NCBI GenBank assembly: GCA_000165345.1
Contig: CM000435.1
Location: 672,001-736,000 of the forward strand
Direction: 5' to 3'
Length of the DNA stretch: 64,000 nt
Part shown: in pieces, positions 39,117 to 51,562 of the stretch
Numbering within the stretch: position 1 is the first letter of the stretch
Layout of the letters: each line of letters starts with the position of its first letter
Made by a program: the position numbers and the translations under genes
Notes under the pieces: generated by a model
Databases searched by the model: none
What the model saw: the letters and a program-made list of their open reading frames with translations, nothing else
What the model was told of the DNA's origin: nothing

Positions 39117-42100
39117 ATGATAAACCCGATAACGCTACTAAATGCAAACATAAAAACTCCAAAGATTTTTAATAAGAAAAAAAAAGATAATGAGAATCAA
39201 GATAATGATGATGCTGAAGTAATTGTCAAAAAGACTCCAGATGATACCGATGAGGTAAGTATATAATTAATATTGTTTTCCATTATTATTCTTTTAGAAT
39301 GCAGTAGAGCTTGAAAGACCTCAATTTATCGATGAACTAGCAAATGTTCCAGTATTGAGTATGGACGATTTTATAAGCAAATATGTTGAAGAAGATGAAG
39401 CTATTGATAATGAATATGAATCTGTTGACGAACTTGATGCGATAAATTTTGAAGAAAATAATTCTGGTACTAATGGTAAGCTTCCAAGAATTTATATTAT
39501 TAGAACTCATTAAGTATTTAGACAAGTCATATATGCTTCAAAGGAGATGGAAAGTCGTAATATGGGACTTAAGCATTGAAAACTTATGTGATGAAGAGGC
39601 CAGCGTATTTATAGAAATAGATTTTGGAACATCGAGAGAGGAATTTCGCGTGCAACTTGAGTCAAAAGAATATATCTTGTCAAATGGAGAACTCAAACAT
39701 CGCCTGAGAACACCAATTGTGCATAGCCTCCTTAAAGATAAGCCTCAAAAAATAAAGTTTCATCCTTCTTTTGAATATAGAGGCTCTTATTATGATATTG
39801 AAAAAGAAAAACTCAAGCTTTCTGCCTGGAAATATCATAATTTTAGACTTAATACATTAGACGCGATGTTTGAAATCAAATTAAATACATGCGCAAATTC
39901 TGATCTTCAGCATCAGTGCTACTTGATGAGATTAGGTGATGGTCATACATTGGAAAAGGTTTATAGGATTTGTTTCAATCTATACTTCCAGGAAATTTAT
40001 GATTTTCAGCTTTCACTTGATCGATTTGAAATAAAGGAACTATTAACTCATGATAATATTATGGACAGAGTTAGTTCTCTAAAAAAAAAGGCCGTTGAAA
40101 AAGTTCCTTTTAATAATAATTCTTTCTTTGAAATAGATACTGAAATTAATTCAAATGAATTCTTGTCAGAATTTACCATTATTGAAAATACTGAATTTGA
40201 AAGTATCAATAAAAGTAGATATCGAAATTTATTGGGAAATAACAATAGGATAGGTAATGATCCAATTAAAAAAATATTTCAATATATTTCCTTTAATTAT
40301 AGTGAAAATGAAATGGGGAATGTATTAACCGAAAAATCTAAAGCTAATAGTAAAACATTGAATTTAGAAAGTTCGATAAATGAACAAGAGAATAAAGGGA
40401 AAATCGAATCCAATATAGTTGATCAAAGAAAAGGAATCTGGGATACTTTCTTGGGGTTTATTGGCCTGCTAAAGGAAGATCAAAAAGATAATATTCAAAA
40501 ACTTGATAGTTTATTAATAGAAGCAGAACTAGACCAAGCAAAACTCCATCCTGCTAATTGTAGCCCAAGATTAAAAATTAACATAACCTGGCCTACAACG
40601 TTGAAAAATTATACTATGTATAGCAACATACAAAAAGGTACCAATTGGCCTGTATGGGAAAACCTAGGATCAATTTATTTGCGAGGAACAATAGCAGATT
40701 TGGAAAATTGTTTTATTGATATAGATGTCATTGATAATAATAAAGACAAAACAATAAACTCACAGGCAAGAACTCATATCCCACTAAAAGGATTGATCGA
40801 GACTAATACAGTTATTGAATCAAATCTATCTGAACCTCTGTGGTTAGCAGAAAAAGTAAAAAAAACTGAAGAGCGTAGAATACTTGCTACTTGGGAATTT
40901 GGGATGATTACAGGAAATATTTCATTCAAGAATTATCCTTCACAACGGCAGAAAGGGAATTTTATTCATTTTGTAAAAGATAGATTATATTTAATGATTA
41001 AAATAATCAAAGTTGACAATATTATAACTTTTGAGAATTTAGAAAATACTCTAGTTAACATTTCAATCACTCATCAAGGGTTAACCTCAAAGTCTAATTC
41101 CAATATTTGTAGCAGTTTAAAAGACAGACCAATAGATGATTACATTATTTTACCATTGCAGTTACCACCAATATCAGAACTTTACTTTTTTCACTTAGAG
41201 AGTTTGGGAGAGATTTATATAGACTTATGGGTTACTTCAGATAATCAAAGCGGTTCTAAAATGCAACATGCAGGATTTACTTCGTTCACAATTTGGGACA
41301 CAATATTTTCTATCAAAGGCGCAAAAAGACCAACATCAGAAAGATATTATAGTTCTTATACATCTGGCTCAAATGAAAAGTTAAAGGTAAGAGTATTGGA
41401 ACAAGAAGTCCCGTTAAAATTCCTTTTCCCAACAGATAGAGTTGCTAATATTTCCTTTGAAGCATTTATTACTCCAGATATATTATCTATAAAACCAAAG
41501 GGTAATCAAGCAATTTGTTCAAAAGATACTGGAATATCTGAAAAAATTGACATTTTTTTAAGAAGTCGAGTAGAACTTTCACCGAGTCAAGCACCAAAAG
41601 TATATCAAAACGAAAAAGCTTCTATTGAGGTAACATTAATTAGTAAACTAGGCACAGGAATAATTGGGAGATTCTTTATATTTTCTTCTTTTAATCATAG
41701 AGGAAATGAGCTTATGCTTACACAATTCGTTAGACCAATTCCTGCGCCAAGTGGTATTATTACTCCAAGAGCAATATTTCATTTTGTAAGATGCATCCCC
41801 TTCATTAATACAAGTTTTAGAGAACCTCCAAAAAGAACAAGAGACAAGTTTAACAATGAAACGTCTAAAAATGATTCTTTAAAAAGGGGTAGTCAAGAAT
41901 CCAAAAGCGCATATTCGTTTGATAAGTCACATTATTGGTTCACCCCAGACTTTACACTACTGAGTAATGGGGGTGGAGTTATTGACCATTGCCTTTTGCA
42001 TGTTTCCTTATTGTTAAAGCAAAAAATTCAAGCTTTCGTATGTATTGGCACAGTTGCTGGGGGGCATTTTCATTCTTGGGTAATGTCATGGCACTTCAGC

Positions 42101-44437
42101 GAAGTAGATAATAGCACATATATCAAATTCTGGGAAGTAACAACAGGACAAATCTATATACTAAAAAATAGGTTTATTTCCCAACAAAGAGCTCGCGAGG
42201 TCACTTTGAGATTTAGGAAGAGGGAACGCCTTTTATCTGCCGGAGTTGAGCCACAAAGTAATAGTGCACATATAAAGACGATAAAACTACCATATAGAAG
42301 TATTGACACTATTTTTAATGAAATAAATATTTGGTATAATGTTCAAGAAAATATAAATCCGGGGTCAATATTTTTTGATCTATGGAATGGTTCATTATTT
42401 ATTTCGTGTACGAATACGCCTTTAGTTCATAATCCTGGGTTCCGAAGCCAGCCATATTCATCAATATTAAACAAATCAACCATTAAAAATATGAAGAATC
42501 TATTAAAAAATATACTACATTATGAGATTCAATCTCGTAGGAGTGCACAGAATCTCGGAACAAGATGGAATATGGACCCAACGTTAAATCTTTTTTTGGA
42601 AAAAGGTCTGGAAATCATAGAGCTTTCCGAAATATCGAGCGAAGAAGAATATCCTGACGTTATGACAAAATTTAGTGACTGGAAGTTTGCCATGGAATCA
42701 AAAGTTCCATTAATGCATAGAGTGTTGGGATTTCCACTCTCATTTAATCATGCAAACCCAAAAATAATTGCGGAAACAGTTTTAGGGAAACTTGAAATTT
42801 TATTTACAAGAGATAAATCAGCAACTTTGACTATTGCAGTTTTAATTAATGGCTATCCAAATCATGTTTTGTGTTGTAGAATATTCATTTTGGTTATTCA
42901 AAAAGTTAGCGAAAGAGAAAGGAAAAAAATTTTGGAAAGGCAAGAGAAAAAAAAATTGAAACAGGAGAAATCATTTAAAAACGAGAAATCAAATTCATTA
43001 AAGTTAGATTTAAAAAGTTCTAAATTTGAAGAAAATAATGATATTAGCCAGGCTAACATTAATTATCAAGATGGATTTAACATAGAAAATAATAATCAAA
43101 TTATTAGCGAAGACACAAAAAAAGATGTACATAGTAGTGTTCCATTGGTGACTGCTGACTTCATAGGTATATTAGACAAAGAAAATAAGATGATACGGAA
43201 AAGAAGAGTAGCCTTACCTGAAGGTAGCATTTCTGGAAATCTTTGGATTTCAAAAAAAATTAAGGATGATGGAAATTTTCGGTACTATATTGAAGGAATT
43301 GAAAATTCTGTCAGTGAAAGTTTAAATATATCAAAAAATAGAGTATGTGCAACTGAGTTGAATTATGAAGGTCAAAGAGTGGGGTTTGCCATTTTACCTG
43401 GTCTAAATGATGATGAAATGAGTCCTTTAGACTTGATGTATGAAATGGCTTTAAAGGTGGACGAATTATTGAAATCAGACAAAAACTTTATCGAATTTAC
43501 CGGGGGGGATGCTGTACTGGAATGGGATTATGAACAAATGGAAAGTGGAGGAGAGGATGAGGAAGCGATCCAATACATAGAAAATGAAGATAATTCTGAT
43601 GTCCAATCAGAAATAAGCGAATTTGAAGAAGACTTGAGCGAAGAAGAGCTTGATGAAACACTTGAAAGTGAATCAGAAGAAAACACAGAAAATATTGAGT
43701 CAGAAAATGAAGACGATATAAATTGTTTAAGTTCTAATAGTTCTAGCTCAATATCGAATACATTTTCGAGCTTGGTCGAAGAAAATGAACAAAATACAAC
43801 TTCAAGACATCTATTGAAAAGAGAATCAAATGAAGATTTCAATTCCGATATTTCAAATGGATTTTCTGATACTTCAGTAAAAAATGGAATAAAAACAGTA
43901 AGGTTTGAAGTAAAGGAGAATTCTGATAATTTAAATAGTTCAAAAAATAACCTCAAAACCAAAATAAGTTCAAGTGTTTCTGAAAAAAAGAATCTGAAAA
44001 GGTTTACAAAAACGGGGAAATATATAATTTATAGACGCCCAGAATATGAACAATCAAAAATAGTTAGCAAAGAGCTCATAAATTCCGATACAATTACTAG
44101 CGACTTATCAGTATTTCCGGCTGCAACATTAGCAATTAGCTTAGCAAGAGGCCATTCTGAGATAAGAGAAAGCGGATTGTTAAGTGCAAACAAGGAGACA
44201 TATTACAACATAGAAAAAAGTAGGTACATCAAAAAAACAGATAACTCTGGAAATAAAATGCTTACTCATTCGAGTTCAAACGACTTACTTTCTAATATGT
44301 TTTATAAAGGAAACTATAATGCATTTGCGCAAACATTAAATAAAAAAAATTCAACAAATAATGAAATGATTAACTCAATAAAGGCTAACAAACGTTCAAT
44401 ACCTAGAGCAAACTCTATTACCTTTAGAAGAAACTAA
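39117..44437 (+). CDS. Large hypothetical protein (about 1750 aa) with C2-like beta-sandwich region(s) and an acidic Glu/Ser-rich C-terminal segment; proposed join(39117..39254, 39298..39475, 39504..44437)
   Basis: The track ORF 39449..44437 starts at an ATG inside proposed exon 2 but in a different frame from that exon (through intron 2, its frame is the same as exon 3's). Upstream lie two in-phase exons: MINPITLLNANIKTPKIFNKKKKDNENQDNDDAEVIVKKTPDDTDE | GTAAGTAT..CTTTTAG (43 nt) | NAVELERPQFIDELANVPVLSMDDFISKYVEEDEAIDNEYESVDELDAINFEENNSGTN(G) | GTAAGCTT..ATTATTAG (28 nt) | ELIKYLDKSYMLQRRWKVVIWDLSIENL... C2-like segments include RWKVVIWDLSIENLCDEEASVFIEIDFG. Confidence 0.5.
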
Positions 44438-44533
44438 AAAATTCCGAATTTATGTATTATTTATAATTTCAATTTGTTGCCGCATTATCAATTTGTAAAA
44501 AAGACTAAATTTTCCCTCGATACTGAAAACAAA

Positions 44534-46489
44534 ATGAATAATGAACTTAATACTACCATAAAAAATATTTTAAAAATAAATGAAATTCAAAATGACGATC
44601 TTGCTTTGATGTTATCAAGATATATTCAGAAAAACTTTTTAATAAATACAAATAATGATTTTTTTGCAGACGGGGAATATATTCATGAAGAAATAATTAA
44701 GGTATCTATTGCAATTGTGGCAAATTGCAATTTAATTTCCAGCACAAATATTAAAGGGAGAGACAATATTTTAATTAACAGTGAGAGAGTTCCTATTTAT
44801 ACAAATTATATTGAATTTGAGAATTTTAAAGATTTAAATAATTGGATGATTAATCTATATGATCGAATACTTTTCTCGAAAAAAGATTCTTTTCAAACTG
44901 AAAATATGGTTGAAGAAAAGATGCAAAAATTGATAAATGAATTGAATAATTGTGAAATAATCCCATTTGAACTGCCAATAGACTTTATTACGTCAATTTA
45001 TAATTCAGGGACAATATCGTCAGGTAAAATAGTTGATTATTTAAGATCAATGTATTTATTATTTAATGCAGATGACGGAAATATTTTAAAGCATGAACCT
45101 GAAGTTAAAGATAATATTTTTCACGAAGATATTTACATATATAACGACGAGTTAACTGAATATCTTTCTGATGATCAAGAATTAAAAATAAATAATATTG
45201 GAAATCAAGGATCTTTCTCAAAAACAGTTGAAACCGAACTTTGCGAGCCTAGTATTAACTTAAATCTTAGGGTTAACTTTTCTATTGGCAAATTTTTTGA
45301 AAAAATGGAAACTGATTTAAAAACTTTAGAAGACATCGCTTTAATATTTTTTGGAACAATAAGTTCGACTTCTGAACATATGAATAATCTAGATAAAAAA
45401 GATATACTTTTAAATGTTTTTTATAAAAACCAATTAATTCACTTAATAAAACAAAATATTAATAGTATTAATATTTCAAATCGATTTTTACTCATTAAAG
45501 TTTTACATAGAGGAAATTTTGGCCAAGTTTATGTTGGGCTTGACTTGCTATCATTTAAGTTAGTTTGTTTAAAAAGGCTTATGGGAAGCTTGTCGGATGA
45601 TCAGTATTTAAGAAACTCTATAATTGAAGCAAATTATCTTAACATTCTGAGTAAATCTTCAGTTTCAAAGTTTGTGCCCCATTTTATTGATGTTGTAGTG
45701 AATTATAATGATATATTTATTGTTTCAGAGCTTCAAGGTAAAAATTTACTGTCTTTTATAGAAGATGATTCAGCAAAAATGTATTTAACTTTAGGCAGAA
45801 TTCAGAGGATTATTAATCAATTATTAGTTTGCATTAAACACCTTCATGAATCACTTAAATTAATTCATTGCGATATTAAACCAGAAAATATAGTTATTGC
45901 AGGTATTGATACACAAGACATTTTTGGATATTTAAACAATACAAACTTTGACAAAAAAGACGAGATAAATATTAAATTGATTGATTGGGGAAGCTGTTTA
46001 AGCATTTACCAAGCGTCAAATACTAGAAATTCTTATATCCAGAGCAGGTATTATCGATCTCCCGAAATCTGTTTAGGACTAGCCTACAACGAGAAAATTG
46101 ATATTTGGAGTGTTGGATGTGTAATGGCAGAATTAGTGCTTAGAAAGCCACTTTTTGACCATAATAGTTCAACTCAACAATTGCTAGCAAACATCATTAC
46201 AACGATAGGTAAAAAAATACCAATACGGATGATAAATAATTCTTCAATAATAAATCACTTTATTACTCATGACGGACATTTATTCGATAAAAACTTAAAC
46301 AAAATTAGACTTTTTACTACATTAAAGGAAAATTCCATACATAAGAACAGAATAAATGAGTTGTTTTCGAACAATGATCCTTTATTTGTAGATTTATTAA
46401 ATAAGCTTCTCTGCATTGACCCCGATGAAAGACTTTCTGCATCACAAGCATTGAGCCATCCTTGGTTCAGTTATAATTATCACAATTAA
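44534..46489 (+). CDS. CMGC-group protein kinase, DYRK-like, with an approx 330-aa unique N-terminal region
   Basis: Catalytic motifs are HRGNFGQVYVG..VCLKRL, HCDIKPENIV, LIDWGSC, YIQSRYYRSPE (DYRK-type activation loop) and DIWSVGCVMAEL. The track start at 44474 is TTG, and the first ATG is 44534. Confidence 0.75.
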   Translation: MNNELNTTIKNILKINEIQNDDLALMLSRYIQKNFLINTNNDFFADGEYIHEEIIKVSIAIVANCNLISSTNIKGRDNILINSERVPIYTNYIEFENFKDLNNWMINLYDRILFSKKDSFQTENMVEEKMQKLINELNNCEIIPFELPIDFITSIYNSGTISSGKIVDYLRSMYLLFNADDGNILKHEPEVKDNIFHEDIYIYNDELTEYLSDDQELKINNIGNQGSFSKTVETELCEPSINLNLRVNFSIGKFFEKMETDLKTLEDIALIFFGTISSTSEHMNNLDKKDILLNVFYKNQLIHLIKQNINSINISNRFLLIKVLHRGNFGQVYVGLDLLSFKLVCLKRLMGSLSDDQYLRNSIIEANYLNILSKSSVSKFVPHFIDVVVNYNDIFIVSELQGKNLLSFIEDDSAKMYLTLGRIQRIINQLLVCIKHLHESLKLIHCDIKPENIVIAGIDTQDIFGYLNNTNFDKKDEINIKLIDWGSCLSIYQASNTRNSYIQSRYYRSPEICLGLAYNEKIDIWSVGCVMAELVLRKPLFDHNSSTQQLLANIITTIGKKIPIRMINNSSIINHFITHDGHLFDKNLNKIRLFTTLKENSIHKNRINELFSNNDPLFVDLLNKLLCIDPDERLSASQALSHPWFSYNYHN

Positions 46490-46754
46490 TCTAGATAAAA
46501 TTTTTATTAGTTCTTTCTGGCGATGTATAAAATCGCGAATAATAACTTTACCAATTATTTGGATTCACTATTTTGCATATTTATGGAGGGGTTAGATTTG
46601 ATTTTTTTTGAGGGGAGCTGGTTTATTTTTTAAATAATTCTTCTACTAAGAAGAATAATGTAATTAATAAGATATCATACTATTTCCAAGTTAATTGATT
46701 GGAAAATACTATATTTTACCCATAAATATTACTCAAAACTTTGATCGGTTAGTT

Positions 46755-49700
46755 ATGAATGTATCTTTCCCGACCATTTCAAAGATAGTAAAACAAGAAG
46801 AAAATAATTATGTATTTTTTGGTGAAAAGGTAAGCTAATCATATTTTAATTTTATAGCCAGTACATTCAATCATTTTAGATAAGTATTCGTGCCTGCAGC
46901 CAAAGCTGTGAATATCTAACGGTTTTTCAAGATAATGAATTTTGTGGGGAAAACTACAAACTGGGACTTTCAAACTTGGGCAGTTTTGAACATTTTGATT
47001 CAATATATAAAAGAAGTGGTTTTGGAGAAAAGTTCAAATTTTACCGAAATTTATTTTTAAATTCAGAATTTTATTTATTAAAATTAGATCATTTGTTAAT
47101 TAATTCTTGTAATGAAAAAGAGCATATTCAATATGGTGATCAATTCTATATATCATCTTTTATTCATGACGAAGTGTTTATAGTTGGATTTGAACAAACT
47201 TCTGGTAAATTTATCTTATCTAAATTTGAAGAAATTTCTAAATCTCTGAATAATAATAACGGATCAAATGATTTCCTCATAAAGAAATATCAGTGGTCAC
47301 TAGAAAAAATAGCAATTACAAAAGATGAGTCAATCCTAGGAGGGATTAGTAATTCCTCCATTCCAAACGCGCATTCGGTGAAATATAATGAAATATTCAC
47401 AATTAAATTCAATGGTGAGCACATTGTTTCTACTAACGCAATTAATACTAACTTAAAAATGCAATTCAGCCAATTGTCTATTGGTAATACTTCTATCTCT
47501 GGAAGAGGTAGCTATTGGACAATCATTCCATTAAAAATTGAAGGAACGGTATATCCAAACTGGTTTTTGATGAAGGAAATTCTGAAAAATAAGAAAAATA
47601 ACACTCTGAAATTTTTGGATAGCAAAATAATTGAAAAGCTGATTTATAATCAGTCTAATTGCTCTAAAGTAAAAATAGAACCAATTCAATTGGAAACTTT
47701 CGAATTAGTTCTGAATCGCCCAATTGGTTGGGATAAACCTAGTATTAATTTTTCTGAAAATAAATTGACTTTAAATACTTCAAATAAATTTCTATCAAAA
47801 TCTGTAATTTCGCTTCCTAGTATTACTGGTTTTGTATTTGACCATATGGAGATTGGCATAAATAACACTATAAAGCATAATATAATTCCGAATAATCTCA
47901 GTAGTTTTTCAGTAAAAATACAGGAACAATTAATACTTGAAGATATTTTGAACTGTTTAATATGTAATAATGGTAATTACATCAAAGTTACTGAACAAAT
48001 AATTGAATTTTTTCACAACTGTGAGCATCTAGATTTTGTCTCAGAAGATTTATATATATTTGAAATCAATTCAACTTGTAATGAAAAATATCTGAATCTG
48101 CATTTTATTTCTGGAAGAGAAGGGATATCAGCATTTTCCCACCAAATTTTTGATGATCCCAGTAATTTACAATATATATATAAAGATATGATTAACAATA
48201 AAATTCTTGAAGAATCAAAGCCTGAAAATACTTTGGATGATTTACTTGAAATAAAGAACATTTTGCCTGCGAATATTATCAAAAAAAATCCTTCTCTTTA
48301 TCCGCTTTCGTACAAAACTTTAGAACTATCTTCTTTGCATAGAAGAATAAGGAAGTTTTTAAAGGTTCACGAGAGTGGCAATTCTCAATTTGGAATTATT
48401 TCAAACACATTATGTGATTCTTTCCGCGAACTTTTGAAGCATTTTATGATTAAAATTACAAAGTTTGAATCATACCTAAGAAAAGGGCAGCTCACAGTTC
48501 AAAATATATGTACATACTCTCAACAGGCGTTAATTACTTTAAAAGCTTTGGATTTAATCTCAGCTCAAGTCTTACATAAAAAAGGGTGTGAAATTATTGA
48601 CCAAGTATATAAAATTGCAAATAACGAATTTAAAGGCGAAGAATCATCTCAGAAAATTGCAAATTTTGTTTTCAATCAAGTTTTTCTTTCTTGGTTTAAA
48701 CACTTTTTAACGCCCTGGTTAAAATTTGGAACTGTTTTTGATCATTTTTCAGAATTTATTGATTACAATTTAAGTACTAAAAAAAAAAAGTTTAATAAAG
48801 AAAATATTCACTCGAAAAATTTTTACAGAGAAAAAGAAAGAAAAATATATTTTATACTTCCTTCATTTATGCATGAATTAGTTGAGAAAGTCAATTATAT
48901 TGGCTTAGTTAGTCATTTTGTTTCTCATATCAACCATTTGCATAGTCAAAATCTGTCTTTTGACACAGTGAGGGAAAATAGAGTGTTAAATTGTAAAAAA
49001 TTAGAAAATACATTGGAACAAATGTTACACTCTCTGAGCAATAAATCTGATTTAATAAGAAATGAAGAAGTTAAATTATATATCAACGCAATGTTTTTTG
49101 AATCACAACTATTAATTTACAGTGTTTGCAACTCAATTACCGATGTCAGTTATTGCATTAATAAATTCTATGAAATATTTTTTTGTGCAAATGATTCTCT
49201 CATTCAAGAATTCATCGAACACATTCACAAGTTAGGGTTTAGAGGGGAAAGAGCTGACTGTAATTCGTCTAGTAATATCACACGTAAATGGAGTGAACTT
49301 ATGGTTAAATATTATGGAGTATTAAATGATTCAGATAAATCTGATCGATTTGTTTGTAAAGTTGAGAAAAATTTGATTACAGAATCGGTAACAGAGGAGT
49401 TATTTAATCCTGTAAAGTGGGAAATAAAATCAGTTTTATTTGAAGAAGATTTTAAGTTTATACAAAAAGATAAACAAAATATCTCATGTTCGGATGCATT
49501 CAAATATTTAACAATTGAATTTCATGAAATAAAGACATTCGGTTTGATTTGGCCTAGAGAATTGCTGTGTAAATACGAGTTAATTTTTAGATTAGTTTTC
49601 CATTTAAAATATATTAATTATTTGCTTAACAATATTTGGATACTACATCAAACTTCAAATAATTTGGACTGTGAAATGAGCAAAAAAAAGCCTAATGTTT

Positions 49701-50410
49701 CAATTAGTGGGTTAATATATAAGTCTTACTTTTTAAGACAAAAAATGCTTTTGTTAACAACAGGAATTTTAGAATACATCTATCAAGATATAATTATACC
49801 TAAATGGGGCAAAATGATGCAAAATATAAAAAATATTTCAACTTTGGAAGAACTAAATTCGTATCAAGACCGTTTACTCAATGAAATACTAACACTATGT
49901 TTCTTCTCAGAGGGAGAACTATTACATTCACTATATATGATTTTGTCGCTTTGTTACCTATTTGCTAGCCACTCCAACCTACTGAATATTTATGGGTTTT
50001 GCGAATTAGAAAAAAAGATTTCACACAAAATAACAGGAACAAAAAACGAAAAATATGAGGAGAATGCGCATATTTCAACATATGGCAGAAATCTTTGTAA
50101 AAAAGGCGAATTTGAGAGGTCAAACGACATATTTTGCACCAACACGCATATCAAGGGTTTACTAATCGATACTACATATATTAATTTGGTAGAAAAATTT
50201 AGTTCAAAATTTGAATCGCTTCTTTCCAGATTTTTCAACAATATATCCAACTGCAAGAGCAAAAACATTAATCTAATAAATAAATTATTGTTAAAGTTGA
50301 ACTTTAACAGCTTCTACATAGGAAAAATTCCTGCCAGCGTTGAAACTTGGGGGGAATACACACTGAATGAAAATTCCTCATGCGATGAATTAATTGACGA
50401 AAGCGGATAG
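46755..50410 (+). CDS. Gamma-tubulin complex component (Spc97/Spc98 GCP family)-like protein; proposed join(46755..46829, 46880..50410)
   Basis: A GRIP1-like motif, FNQVFLSWFKHFLTPWLKFGTVFDHFSEFI, matches the GCP signature P-[YW]-L-x-x-W-[IL]-x-x-G-x-[LI]-x-D-x-[YF]-x-EFF. The track start at 46976 is TTG and there is no ATG for about 160 codons. Upstream exon MNVSFPTISKIVKQEENNYVFFGEK, then GTAAGCTAATC...CATTTTAG (50 nt, phase 0), joins exactly at the first codon after the in-frame TAG. Confidence 0.55.
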
Positions 50411-50697
50411 ATTTCCAATCAAACGAGTTTCACCATAGTTAGAAATTTATTAACTAACACACTACGATATTATGAATTCTTGTTTGTTGAAATACTTGTG
50501 GGTAGATGATCTTGTAGCGCTGGCAGATTGGCGCATATTTAAGATATTATGACGTCTCAATAGAGTTTATTAATGCGATTGTTAGTTTCCAAATAAGGTT
50601 CAAGTGGATGCTTTAGGCAATAATATTATATCGTATATTTTTCAATTGAGAAATTGGTATTTTTTATTATTACAATTATCTGTTGGAAGCTGTGAGC

Positions 50698-51477
50698 ATG
50701 CTTAATACAAATTCACTCTTTCTATTATGCTGTATAGCATTTATTTTATTAGGAGAACTTTATGCAGTTAACCTATCATGCGACGCTAGGCTAAGGGAAT
50801 GCGAAGTTGAAGTTAAATCTCTTCTCAAAAAAAATAGTGAATGCTCTTCTGATTTGGATTCATTAAAAGCGGAAGTCTCTCACCTTTCGGAAATCATCTC
50901 ACAGTACGAAAGAAATGTTAACTTTACTCAGGATTCTCACCACACAATATCATGGAGAGTAGCAGCCAACCAGTTGAAGAACTTTTCAATATTTTTCAAA
51001 GGTCTTATTACTGCATCATATAGCAATATTCCTAAGGAATTGGACTTGCAGATTAGATCTATTTACAGCAAAATTTTCGTTTATTTAGATCCTGCAATTG
51101 AAAAGTATTCTGAAGCGTATCCATTAGTTTGTCAGCATATAAAAAGTTATATGAATAGATATATCAATTTATTGAATCCCTACATTGATTATATGTTGGT
51201 TTATTCAGAGTTTATCAATGAAAAATTGGATGGATACGTTTCTAGAATTGAATCTTTTGAGCCAAATATCGTAGGAACTATCCCAAAGAGCCTCCATGAT
51301 AGAGTTTTTTACATATTATGCGCATTTTTGGCATTATATGTTGCTATGGAATCAATTTGTATCGCTTTAAGACTCTTATTTAGATGTTGCGGAATTAAAT
51401 GCGGCTCTTCTTGTACAAATAAGAAGAACATTAAATCGCCTACGTCGAAATCTACGCCTAGTAACAGAAGAAAATAA
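50698..51477 (+). CDS. Hypothetical secreted/membrane protein: N-terminal signal peptide, C-terminal TM helix and short Cys-rich tail
   Basis: MLNTNSLFLLCCIAFILLGELYA is signal-like, and VFYILCAFLALYVAMESICIAL looks like a TM helix, followed by RCCGIKCGSSC. The track start is TTG, and the first ATG is 50698. Confidence 0.45.
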   Translation: MLNTNSLFLLCCIAFILLGELYAVNLSCDARLRECEVEVKSLLKKNSECSSDLDSLKAEVSHLSEIISQYERNVNFTQDSHHTISWRVAANQLKNFSIFFKGLITASYSNIPKELDLQIRSIYSKIFVYLDPAIEKYSEAYPLVCQHIKSYMNRYINLLNPYIDYMLVYSEFINEKLDGYVSRIESFEPNIVGTIPKSLHDRVFYILCAFLALYVAMESICIALRLLFRCCGIKCGSSCTNKKNIKSPTSKSTPSNRRK

Positions 51478-51562
51478 TACCTTAAGTTTTTTTTGAGTGT
51501 GGCGATTATATTATTCTGCTAAATGAATTTTAGGTACTATCGATAAGTGTTTTTTTGTTAAT

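Noticed and set aside
43528-43962. 144-aa Ser/Leu-rich minus-strand track ORF
   Set aside because: It is the reverse complement of the GAA/GAT-rich acidic coding segment of the large plus-strand gene, so it is a low-complexity artefact.
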